From: Phoronis australis
Lineage: Eukaryota; Animalia; Phoronida
Length of the DNA: 64,000 bases
Direction of reading: 5' to 3'
NCBI GenBank assembly: GCA_002633005.1
Contig: NMRA01000021.1
Span: forward strand, 163,067 to 227,066
Positions 1 through 11,815 of this stretch are shown piece after piece (within the stretch, counting starts at the first letter, position 1; each line of letters begins with the position of its first letter). Under the pieces are notes generated by a model. That model made no database searches, was not told where the DNA came from, and saw nothing but the letters and a program-made list of their open reading frames with translations. A program made the position numbers and the translations under genes.

Positions 1-385
1 CATGAAACAGTCCCAAATAGGGACTTTTTTGTTCTTTAGGCACAGATGTAATATTTTTATATAATTTTATCTTTATTGTGAGCTCTTCTTTGACTAATGA
101 CATTTTCTAATAATATAACTAAAAACTGAGCCCTTTAAATCAAAACAGTTAGGGACTTAAGTCCTTAAATTGGGGGCGTTGCATGAAAAGATCCCTAGTA
201 TATATTTTCAATAACATTGAGAATTCAATCTAGATTTTACTCTCGATTTGTATCAAAGCCAAAGATAGGCATAATAATGATTCTCAAACAGCATGAGGTA
301 GAACAATCAGTGTTTTCACAAAAGTATGAAAATTGACAAACTGGCCCATGAACTATGACTTAAATTGTGCACGTTAAGTAATCAC

Positions 386-1715
386 CTCAAGTTCTTGGTC
401 CAGTATAACTTTCAGCTCCTTCTTGTTCACTTTCACTAAAAACATTCAATTGTAAAACTATGTCATCAAACCTTGACACAACAGACACACCAGGCACATT
501 CGTGACTGTTACACACACGAATACATCCAGTGTTCCAGCAACACCAAATATGGTACTTAGAATTTGATAAAATGGGGACCCATTATTGCGAGGAACAAAA
601 TCTTTTTGTTTTCCCATAAATGAATACCACCTGTTATTTAAATTACACTTAACATACGATGAATGCCAAACAGGCACCGACAACAAAACAATATATTACC
701 ATACAATACTCTGCAACAATGCAATTACCTTGATGAATAGCAAGCGCCGTAAGATAACGTCTATAACGTTCACATTCTTGTAGCATTCCATTCCGAAAGT
801 TATATTTTTATCTCATGCAGAATTCTTTCCTACACTTCATTTTTAATGAACTCTGTTAAAACATACACATGTAACACACCAATTTTGAGATCTCAGTAGG
901 TAACTTCACCAGCTGCACAGCAAATTAGCGGCGCATGTGAGTATACGAATTTTCATGTAAGGACCTCTCAATTTCATTTTTCTGCACAGCACATAACGCA
1001 GAGGCACTTGATGTGCTGGACAGGCAGGTATGCAATTCCCCCCCTATTTGGCGAAGTGGGAAAGTGGTTCGCCTCAGAAAAACAAAAAAACTGACCGAAA
1101 AAATTGAAAGTGAGACAAAAGTTCACTAAAAAGGCAGAAATTCTGTGAATACAAAATTCATAGCTCTGAATGTACCCTGTTTGTTGTTTTTTTAATAAAA
1201 GGTCCATGCTCTCAAAAATTTAAGCCCCCGCTTTAGGCTAGTGAGTGCACGCTTGAATTGGAAGTCTTACATATGAAAAAAGATATAGGTAAGCCAAAGC
1301 ACAGGCGTCCTCAACTTCTGATCGTCTCCAACACACTATATACAATATATATAGTGTATTGCGGACGATCAGAAGCTGAGGACGCCTGAGAAACAAAGCA
1401 GATCTGTCTACCGTATTTATATCCTATGGTTTCTATTTTCTTAAGAAGTCAATCCTGTTACAACAAATGTCTTCAATAGATCACGAGAAATTCGTTGTAA
1501 GGAGGTTCTGCAGTAGTGCATGCTTACTTATAATTGCTGCATTCGTCATTTCATTCTTAAAACGGAGCCGAAAGACTTTTGCTTTGAGATCATCATCCAG
1601 GGAGCACACGGTCATATTCTGCTGATACTGCAACAAGAAGTTTAAATATAATTCAATCAAACTAAACGGACAATCGCCGAACAAATGAGAAAGTTCCTAC
1701 CTTTCGTCTATACAT
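386..1715 (-). CDS. Duplicated GMF paralog, 5' part (continues off the left edge of the window or is truncated)
   Basis: Exon 1627-1528 (YQQNMTVCSLDDDLKAKVFRLRFKNEMTNAAII) and exon 435-386 (identical to GMF exon 3), both with intact splice sites. Intron 436-1527 aligns with GMF intron 2 (20707-23060) minus the HINE. Candidate first exon 1715-1701 (ATG TAT AGA CGA AAG | gtagga). Confidence 0.75.
1302..1388. repeat. Palindromic hairpin insertion (mini-MITE)
   Basis: CAGGCGTCCTCAACTTCTGATCGTC...GACGATCAGAAGCTGAGGACGCCTG; absent from the homologous GMF intron near 22935. Confidence 0.75.
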
Positions 1716-4250
1716 TTTACGTCATCAGCATACAAATAATCACGCATCAAGTGTCGACAAACGAGTCATTTACATCCTTGAAGTGAAATGAGTGCAACAA
1801 CGACAAGAAACAGAAAATAGGTCATCACTAATTGTAAGGTCACTGAGCTTGCTTGTTACATCGTGCCTGGAGAATTTGTTCTCCCAATTAACTTTTGGTA
1901 GTGACATAGCTATGGGATTTTTCAGTTATTGAGTGCCAATTAATAGTTACCCTCTGAATTTTTATGCGCCCACATATTTATATGTGGACGCATTTAATGC
2001 CGTCATCTCCGTCCGTCCAGCATCCGGTGCTCTATCTCCTATAAAGCTTTGGACATTAATGATATGTTCATGGAATTTACATACATTTCATGGATGGGAT
2101 GGCGTGAGCGAACTTTCGAACGGATCCGACTAGCGGTGTGCCCCTTAGTCAGGCAATTTTAGTGTTTTACCTCTGTCAAAGGTCCTCAACGTATTTTCAT
2201 AAAGTTTGGCATATAGGCATCTATCAGTGAGATGACACTGTCCTCTACGAAGTTTGTGGCACCTTGTGGCCTTTTGTGCTGTTTTTATGTCTGTTTTTGG
2301 CATCCACCCCTCTATCAACCAAACTGTTCTAAGACTGATTGTGAAAATTGGCATGTATCTTCTCACTATGAATAGGACGGCTGACGATGATTTTATTTGC
2401 GCCCATGGCTAGTCTCCTACACTGTGGGCTGGATGTTTACTAAATTTAGCAAGTGTACTTATATTGATCATGTACGTTGACAATTAATGAATGACGACTT
2501 TCGGACAGATCTGACTACCGGTGTGCCCCCTAGTGGGAATTTTAGTTTTTTACGTCTGTGTATCTTCAAAGGTCCTCAACGTATTTTCATAAAATTTAGC
2601 ATGTAGGCATCTATTAGCGTGATGACGCCATCCCCGTTTTTGAATGGTTTTGATGTAGTTTGTGCCACCTAGTGACCACTGATTTTTACTGTTTCGAGTC
2701 TGTTTTTGGCATCCATCCTCTATCAACCAAACCGCTCTAAGGTTGATTGTGAAAATTGGCATCTATGTTTGTACTAAGAAGACGACGTTTTTTTTGTGCC
2801 CGTGGCAGTATCTCCTAAACCGGTTTGCGGGATCTTTACTAAATTTAGCAAGTGTATTTTATTATATGATGTTGACAATGGATGACGACAACTTTCGGAC
2901 GGATCCGACTACCGGTATGCCCCCTAGTGCCAATTTTAGTTTTTTAGGTTTAACTCTGTATCTAATTCAAAGGTCCTCAACGGATTTTCAGAAAATTTGG
3001 AATATATAGGCATATACTGGAGAAATGATGCTATCCTCCCATTTTCGGATGGAATGAAGGTACTTTGTGCCTCCTAATGGCCATTTTTGCTGTTTTCGAG
3101 TCTGTTGTTGGCGTTCACCTCTCCATCAACCAAACTACTCCAAGAATGATTTTGATACTTGGTATATGTTCTCAGTGTGAAGAGGACAGTTGACGATAAT
3201 GACTTCGACTACTGTGGCACCTCATAGTTTTATTTTGTTTTGCGCCCATAGTTGCGCCCACTGTAGGATCTTTATTAAATTTAGTTATTGTAATTACATG
3301 AACTTACAACGTCTTTCTGGCGGATTCAATGAATGCTGTGGCCCATAGTGGCAATTTCATTTTTTTCTGTTTTCCTTTGTTTCTCTCAAGTTTCTTGACA
3401 GATTTTTATAAAATTTGGTAAATAGGTTTCTGTTAAAGAAGCGATGGCATGTACCCGTTTTCAGATGGGTTGGATGTTTTTGCGCCATCTAGAAGCCACT
3501 TTTATGAAACAAACAACCCTAGAAGCACACCGTTTGCGGTGAATTTGTGGGTGCATTTCAACACTCTGTGTTGCTCTTGTTTGAATAGCGGTAAAAAGCC
3601 TTTCCTTTCAAAAATTAATGAGGCAGATAACGTAGCTGTTATTGGACATGTGAAATAGAAGGTTTTCTTTTCTCTTGGTTACACTGGGCCCAGTAGTCTG
3701 AAGTTGAAACGTAAATTATCTGGTCTTGTAAACTAATTGCATAGACCTGCAGCTTTTGAGCAGATAGTGGTTTTCAAACTTTGTCTTTGTAAAGTATCCA
3801 ATACGCTCTGTAAACTGAAGTGATCTATCCCTTTGTTAAACAATAGGGATGTTGTTTATAAGGTTGAATGTGGTAATGAATTCTGTATGAAACTCACACA
3901 GAGATGCCTCTGTGACAGAAGGAGAGAACATCACACCTCAGACAAAAGCAACATCTTTAGGCATTGTGTCAGTAACAATGACCAAGCTAATTCAGTCAGT
4001 ATAACCTGTAAAGTATCTGTGATTTACATTACTCTAAAGAGCCAATAGCCATTCAAGATCAGTGATGCTACTGGCTCTCTGAATAATATGCAGAGCTCAG
4101 TGACCCTACAGCTATGGTGATCACCTATACTATAACTGCAGTGTTGTTGCACTCATTTCACTTCATGGATGTAACCTGACTCTCGTGTGTCGACACTTAA
4201 TGTCTGATTGTTTGTATCCAGATGATGTCTAAAGAATAGACAAAACCTAA
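1716..4250 (+). mobile_element. Degenerate Penelope-like retroelement with an inverted terminal repeat, interrupted by the HINE
   Basis: 3833-4048 encodes a GIY-YIG-like relic (VVYKVEC...C...T.R.L.DR.REH....SNIFRH). 4085-4250 aligns in inverted orientation with 1700-1855. Confidence 0.6.
1959..3581 (+). mobile_element. Helentron-type non-autonomous element (HINE/DINE-1-like) with internal tandem repeats
   Basis: 5' TTTTTATGCGCCCAC...GTGGACGCAT inverted repeat followed by CCGTCCGTCC. 3' subTIR GTGGGTGCAT plus hairpin AACACTCTGTGTT and a TTGTT end. Same family as 21105-22441. Confidence 0.75.
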
Positions 4251-6599
4251 TTGTTGAATTAACATGAACTTTTTCATTTGTGCATCAACCCAACTAAGGC
4301 ATGAGGTGCCACTGTGTTCATACAGCAAGGCACAAGGTTCCACAGTTCACACAGCTAGTGCTTACAATACAGTGAACTGATGCCTCACAAACCAAAATTA
4401 AAGAAATGTCAGCCAACTGTCTACTAAACATAGAACAGACGAAGGGTGGATAATATAGAGGTTAAACACCGTGGTTCTAAAAGGGAGTTGTCCAAATTGC
4501 CGAGAATTGACTAAATTTTCAGTGCCTTACCTCAGATTATTCAATACATAAATCTGACTTTGAAAGCTGCGCACAATGACTTAATTCCGAGGAAAGATAA
4601 AGTGGCATTAAAGCTACTTCCTGACAAAAAAAAAATTCTGAAATAATCATCTTAAAACTTAATTACTTTCAATTCTTGATTACTTCTACTTCCTGTTCTT
4701 AGAACTTAAGTGAGCATTAAGTGTACGCCTTATACATGAACCGATTGTATGTTGATTGCATCTTGTAGCCTTTACATGCTTCTCTCAGGTTTTTCAAGGC
4801 CGCCTGTTTCACAACCTGCAGTTTATTACAATAGAACTAGTTTAAGACTCATAGGTTAATCACTCAGCTGTTAAAAAATAAACTCAACTTTGTTCCATGC
4901 TCAGATAACAAGTACTCTCTGGGCTCTCTGGGTTAACTGACTGAAGGAACATTTTTTTCTTCTAATCGCGCTTATAAAGATTCAGGTCATACTATGACCT
5001 GGAATTTTATCAGGTTGATCTGAAGAGGTGATGAACTGCTAGTTCTTTCCAATCTGAGAAGTCACACTCAACAAAGCAACAATTCCAGACCAATTTCCCA
5101 ATGGAAGATATGAAAAATATCAAAACTTGTGTTTTTGAAAGCTCGTGTTTAATGCCAAAAGCTGATGATTATCCCCACTGCCTAGAGGTACATTAGTTTG
5201 GGGCTTAAATGAGCAGGACTTCCGCATTAGAGTGGAGGGCACGCAAAATGAATGTGATCAGATGCTTGTTGGCAAATTATGTCTCACACTGATAAAACTA
5301 ACAAAGTCACATTGATATTAAAGTACCTGTGAATAGGACATGTTAACTTCGCACAGCGTATTCCAATTAAATGATGAAGGTTTGACTTTAGGACTTTATT
5401 ATCCAATGAAGCAATAACCGTGAATCTACAATGCGAGAAAATAAAGGAGCATAAGACTACGACTCAATTTACAAAAATTAAAGAAATATAAGACTAAGTT
5501 GACTAAATATCAAATAACTACTACATCAATGTAGGACTACCGGTATACTAGCTAGCTATTGTGATAGTATAATACCAGATATGTCAGAACTTATATGCCA
5601 TTAAAGAACACGATTTGCATCAGATTCCTTTGAACACCAATATGTGAAACTCACAGCTTTACCCCCAGTGATTTGTACCCACGAAGATATTCAGGAATCA
5701 TCTTAACTTAAATAATGTAAGTATTATGATTCCTATTAAAAACATCACTACAGAGTAATATAGGTTGTGGGCAACGCCCCTTCAGTATGAAACAAAATAC
5801 AATACAACAAAATATTCTAAATACCCAGGGCTGTAACACATACATGTAAGAACACAGGGAAATAACAGAATAGTCAACAGGTAGGAACTCAGTCTCCGTA
5901 TAGTCGACAGATAGGAACAGTCTCCCATAGTCGACAAATAGGAACTGTCTCCTATAGTTGAATTAAACGTGATCACTTACACAAAGAACACAGTTGGAGT
6001 CCAAAACCAAAGGAATAGCGTGATCCTAAGGTTAACAAGTACAAAAACATGGTATAAGTGCAAATCTTAGGAAAATAATGATTTACCTTGATTCTGTAGT
6101 TGACTCTTTTCCTCACTTCGATCAATACATGTGTAGATGACACTTGATTTCAGCTAGACTGACCTTGATTATTTCACTAAAAATACACCCCTTGAATGAC
6201 ACTAGACAAGGTGGATCATGAAGGGTCGAGACACAATGCTAAGAATTGCTTCAAGGGCAAAGCCAGAGAATATAATCTCGTAATACATCTGGCTGCCAGG
6301 ACTCAGGGTTGAAAAGAATAATATAAGGCTTTTTTTGTCCACCTCCCTTAATAAATGCAGTATGTAAAGTGTTACTAGTACAAAACTTCCTCCTTGCTTG
6401 ATTATGAGGTTGGACAGCATATTGCTTACGGTGACTCAGTGCACCAGTAGTGTTACACAACTTTACTACTTGCTTGATTATGAGGTTGGACAGCATTATA
6501 GGTGACTCAGTGCACCAGTTTTTGGAATAGTGCCAGCCGTGATGAACTTTTTCTCCTTGAACAGATGATCAGGCACACGATCACTTAAAAACTAATATC

Positions 6600-9500
6600 A
6601 ACAAGTACGTAGCTCACTTATTTATTTAGAATTCGACATTGCTTTCATATGTCATACCTGACCACCACAGCTGACATGTGACATTTGACATATACTCATT
6701 AAGTTTTTCATGAGACCTGTCATTTGACCTTTTAGGTGAATTTTTAGTATTGTACAATATGTCTCTCCAAGAGTTTAAAAAATTGCCTAGGAAGGTTCAA
6801 CAAAAATTGGTTATGTCCTCCATGACGTGTAGTGTGTCCTTGTAGTAAAAAATGTGGTCGTAATTAATTGCTTCAGATGCCTGATCAGCTTGAAACCGAG
6901 ATTGTGAAACTGGAATTAAGGCTTTGCATGAGAAATAACCTATAATCAACGAATTGGATAATGTATGGGGTGATCTTTTCTGCTGTAATGCTTGTAAAGT
7001 TGGTAAAATTTTTCTGATGCGCCTTTTCGTAAAGGTGAAAATCTTCATCAGAGTAGGCATCTTTCCTTAAAATTTTCCATATTTGATAAAACTTTCCCAC
7101 ATTAGCTTATCATAATCCAATTCTGTAATCTTACAAATATCTCCCAAATATAAGATTTTACTGGTAATGGTAATTTGAGTTCAAGTGCGGAACTTCTCAA
7201 CCAGGAACGACATTATCCCAAACACATGCCTGGCCTATAATGGTCTTGAGGAAACACGATCATAAATGCCCATTTTTAATCAAGGAAACAGCTTTAGGCT
7301 GTCCTGTCCTTACATTTACGACAATTTTAAAATTAACTTGTCTGACACACCGAGTTCAAGTTGTCAATTTTGGCCTCTATCAAGTTATGTCCATTCCCTG
7401 GAGGGTACTATGTGTACTCTAAAGATTTGTTTTTCTCACCAGACATACATGTTTGAAGTTCCACGTTAACCAGTTTCTCAACAACGCTTGACTCTCCATA
7501 TGATGGAGAAGACAAACATTGAGCTGAAGGCTCACACTAAAAATGCTATATGATCTAGGATCCTGTCAAATGACGGCTTTCAGTAGTTTCTCATTCCAGT
7601 GGATGCTTAATTTGGACTTCTGGAATTTTCGGAGAATAAATATTCTAGTCAATACTGGATTTGGTGGAAACTCTCCTGCCATCATATCTAAACAAGCAAT
7701 GGTGAAATTTCATCATACAGCACAGAAATAAATATCGCATTTACTAGAAGACTTCTCAATGAAATTATTAAGGAAGTTTTCTGGCTTGATGAAATTCTCT
7801 TATAAGTTATCCCAGGGTTTGGATTCATAGAATAAAGAAACCGGATACTCTTCTCTCCGACTCTGGGGTAATTCAAGTCCAAAAATGTGAAGGCAACAAA
7901 AGTGCAACTCCCACCAATCTCTTCCATTTCAAGTAACACGAGTATTGAATCTAAATTTAAGGCTTGGATGTGAGCAACAGATGACATCCAACAGACATTC
8001 AGGATTAACCCTCCAACCTGAGTGGACGTCCTTCTGGGGCAGAAGGTATACATTAAAACTTTTAATGACGTATTTCTTAAAATGCTCTTCGCCATTACAT
8101 GATGGTAAAAGTCCAGGTACAAGTGACTTAAAAGGGAACTATATTTTAATCTGAATGAATTCTGGATAGTTTTCTATGAATTGTTGATTAATTTCACAAA
8201 TAATTCAACACCAAAAATTAAACTTATGTTCTCTAACGAAGCTCAAAAAATTACCGGCTTGGAGCGCTGCTTAGTCTCGTGACGTATTTGGCGGGGGCAA
8301 AGTCACTGTCCTGTGTTAGCGTGCAATCAANNNNNNNNNNNNNNNNNNNNNNNNNNNNNNNNNNNNNNNNNNNNNNNNNNNNNNNNNNNNNNNNNNNNNN
8401 NNNNNNNNNNNNNNNNNNNNNNNNNNNNNNNNNNNNNNNNNNNNNNNNNNNNNNNNNNNNNNNNNNNNNNNNNNNNNNNNNNNNNNNNNNNNNNNNNNNN
8501 NNNNNNNNNNNNNNNNNNNNNNNNNNNNNNNNNNNNNNNNNNNNNNNNNNNNNNNNNNNNNNNNNNNNNNNNNNNNNNNNNNNNNNNNNNNNNNNNNNNN
8601 NNNNNNNNNNNNNNNNNNNNNNNNNNNNNNNNNNNNNNNNNNNNNNNNNNNNNNNNNNNNNNNNNNNNNNNNNNNNNNNNNNNNNNNNNNNNNNNNNNNN
8701 NNNNNNNNNNNNNNNNNNNNNNNNNNNNNNNNNNNNNNNNNNNNNNNNNNNNNNNNNNNNNNNNNNNNNNNNNNNNNNNNNNNNNNNNNNNNNNNNNNNN
8801 NNNNNNNNNNNNNNNNNNNNNNNNNNNNNNNNNNNNNNNNNNNNNNNNNNNNNNNNNNNNNNNNNNNNNNNNAAATAAGGACGATTGATACAATGATAAA
8901 TTACGATGTAAACTCTTTAAATATGACATAAGCAATGAATGTGCAAAGCAGCCGATACCCCGCCGTTCACGTCACTGACACATCAGCCAATCAGCGATCG
9001 CTTTCAGAATTCAGTGTTTTGACCAAGAATACGAATTGGCTTTTGTTTGGCACGCAAGTCAGGCAAATGTGAGTTTTATTTGTATGTTAGAACCGATTAA
9101 CTGCAACATTATTTTGACTACAGTCCCCTTTTAAGGCCCCTTAATTTACAAGCCGACTGCTCCTCATGTTATAATCAGTGTCAACAGTTTCTAAGGCTGA
9201 AATTGGATATTTTGCCTTCAGTTGTAAAACTGCTGGACACAATCCAAAAATACTTTTTGCTTAGACCTCCTTGGAATCGGTACCATTGCCCATATACATG
9301 GTCTTCGAAAACGGAAGTGTTTCTGAAGCAGTTTTAAAAGAAATAAGTTAGGTCCCAACCAAACTTACCATGGATGAAACCTTTAATAGTTATCACTGAC
9401 GAGTTTTTGACAGCTGTGGACAAGCAAATGAACCTTTCCATTTGGTATATAATACAACTAAAGAAGTATCATTTTTTCTGTATCACCCACTTTGCTATCT

Positions 9501-10955
9501 CCATTCAAAATTTTCAATAGTGGAATAGCCCATTTTTTGTGTTATTATTTTACCATTAAACAGATAACAAGGAGGTAAATCAAAACCAAAATTCACAAGA
9601 TTCTTATCCTGGCAAAAATTTATATCTCTCCTTCTTAACCCTTTTTTTCAAACTGTCTGTTCCACAACTTAACCTGTGCAGAAGAACAGTTTTTCATCTT
9701 TTATCAATTCATCAGACTTGTTAACAGATACCTTCAAAACTAGAATCATATAAAGCACCCTCGTTAACTTTACTTTTCACATTTTTCTTCCGCTGAATAT
9801 CAATCCCCCTCATGCAAAGATGAAATGTTGCCACTAATATCTAAATTAACACACTCATTCCATTTTCTTCTTCACTGGAACAACAGTACCCTTATGTGAA
9901 GATGAGCTGTTCCCTATAATATGTGACTTTTGAACAAACCCTTCAAGCTTAGATTCATCAGAAGCACCCTTTGCAACCATATCGGTTTTCTTTTCACTCT
10001 TACCTCACTGACCTTTGGAACTACCACCTTGGTTGAAGATTAACTGTTCCCACGACCTGTGAACAGATTCACTAAATTAGAGTGTATAATTATTAAGGTA
10101 TGTTCAACTTTTTGTTCTGTGGAATGTTACCCTCATGCCGAGATGAACTGTCCCCAGAGTCACCCTCATGCTGAGACAAACTGTCACCACTAGTATCTGA
10201 CTTGTGAGCAGACGCGTTCAAACTAGAATCATATGAAGCACCCTCGATCGTCAACTTAACTGTTCGTACATTATTCTTCTGCTGATGTCTTCCTCATGCA
10301 AAGACGAAGGGTTCCCAGTGATATTGAACTTGTGAACCGAATTGTTTAGATTAGATCTACCAAAACCAACGACATACTGAGCTGCAACACTACATTTTCT
10401 CTTTTTCTTTGAATTAACAACTTCCCACTCATCTGGTTTCACTGTCTTCGCACTTCCAACAACTTTAATTGTTGGCCGCTGTGGAACTGGGAAGTGGAAA
10501 ACTGTGGTCAAGTCGACAGACAAAGTCTTCTTAGTGTACAACGGTCAGTGTGAACACCAGCCAGATTCTCTGTCAGAACAGGTACTTTAATTGCTTTTCA
10601 CCTGATGGAATTCATTTGATGAGGAAATACGTTCCAAAACGTCATCAGTGACACAGAAATCATCTGAGTCCAGCTTGACAATTGAAAGGAAGTGACCCAT
10701 TCTTACCCATCTGTAAAGCACCAACTTTGAAAACCATCTCAGTTCGTCAAACAGNTAATGTGAACATTTCTGGAATATTCTCCAGACAGCCCAATGAAAG
10801 ACACCATAAAGTGATCAGAATACCTCAGGCCTGGGCTAAAGTCTTTGCAACCACCACACGAGTGACTTTTCCTTTGCTTAATTCTTACGAAGCACAGATT
10901 CCAAGCAGCACTGAGATTGCCTGGATGAGCAGCATTTCCATTATGAAAAAGAAAG
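6600..10955 (-). mobile_element. Highly degraded LINE (L1/Tx1-like) relic spanning the 8.3-kb assembly gap
   Basis: Frame-broken minus-strand ORF fragments (7688-8122 with RVGEKSIRFLYS; 10251-10541 and 10739-10972 basic/Cys-His ORF1-like pieces) and A-rich sense-strand bias. No intact RT motif seen. Confidence 0.35.
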
Positions 10956-10958
10956 TGA

Positions 10959-11815
10959 GAACTTGATCTCACTGGATTCCAGTAAGATTCTCACTATATC
11001 ACCAACTATAGTTAAAAATGCCATTGAGAATCCAGTGGAAATTCAACAGCTAGGGACAGTCAGAGAGAAAGTAGTGAGAAAATGTTATGTAACAGTGAGA
11101 ATCCAGAATTTTGGTCTTAGGAAAATTCTTAGTGAGAATCCAGTGAGAATATCAGAGTGAGAATTGAGTGACAATTTGGACTTGTAAAAGTTGGAGTGAG
11201 AATTCAGTAAGAATTTCTGAATTCAAACTAAAATGGCGCCTAAGGAATCAGTGAACAGTTGATACGAAGTAAAGAAATAGCTTGAAGATTGGTGACTTTT
11301 TTTCTCAAATATTGTGAAATTACTGAACAGTTTGTCTGTAAGCCAACCAGAGGGGATCCTGGACTGAATTTGTGAGTTAATAAGCTCAAGGTTAGTACAT
11401 TTCATACATCTAGTTGAGTGCACACTGATGTCTTCATTCTGTGTTGACAGCTGAGTTTTTAGTATTTTGCTGATTTACCAAAAGCATTAAAATTGTTAGT
11501 TTAAGGCTCCTGCATTTCACAATTTGCAATTAAATTGCACCTTTAGTCAAGACAATTTCACAAAAACAATTTGGTTACCAATAGAGCGTTGAACTCTCAT
11601 CTATTCATGCAGTCAATGGCCATATAAAATGCACACACAAAACATTCTAAGTTCAAAATTGGCAGCCAGTGAGATTTTCACTGTAATATCAGTATATTCT
11701 CACTAGAGTAAGATTTTTTCTCACTAATTTGAATGGCATCTTAATGAGTTAGATTCTCATTGGAATGTCACTGGAATCCAGTGAGATTCTCTCTGACTTT
11801 CAGGTCGAGAAGTTC
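10959..11815. mobile_element. Foldback-like element with long repeat-rich inverted termini
   Basis: Left GATCTCACTGGATTCCAGT and right ACTGGAATCCAGTGAGATT are inverted. Both arms contain many (C)AGTGAGAAT / ATTCTCACT sub-repeats. Confidence 0.55.

Noticed and set aside
1959-3581. CRISPR-like repeat-spacer appearance of the recurring ccctagtgg motif
   Set aside because: The intervening sequences are homologous to each other, the context is eukaryotic with no cas genes, and the termini are HINE-like.
4150-4215. Hammerhead ribozyme in the Penelope-like terminal repeats (also near 1760 and 15080)
   Set aside because: The CUGANGA/GAAA core is not intact in any copy; at most a decayed remnant.
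5870-5960. Short tandem repeats (also 6390-6520, 32900-33080, 35030-35120, 36595-36670)
   Set aside because: Ordinary low-copy slippage repeats with no further structure.
8279-8935. Long ORFs of about 200 aa (and similar ones at 58056-58554)
   Set aside because: They run through N gaps.
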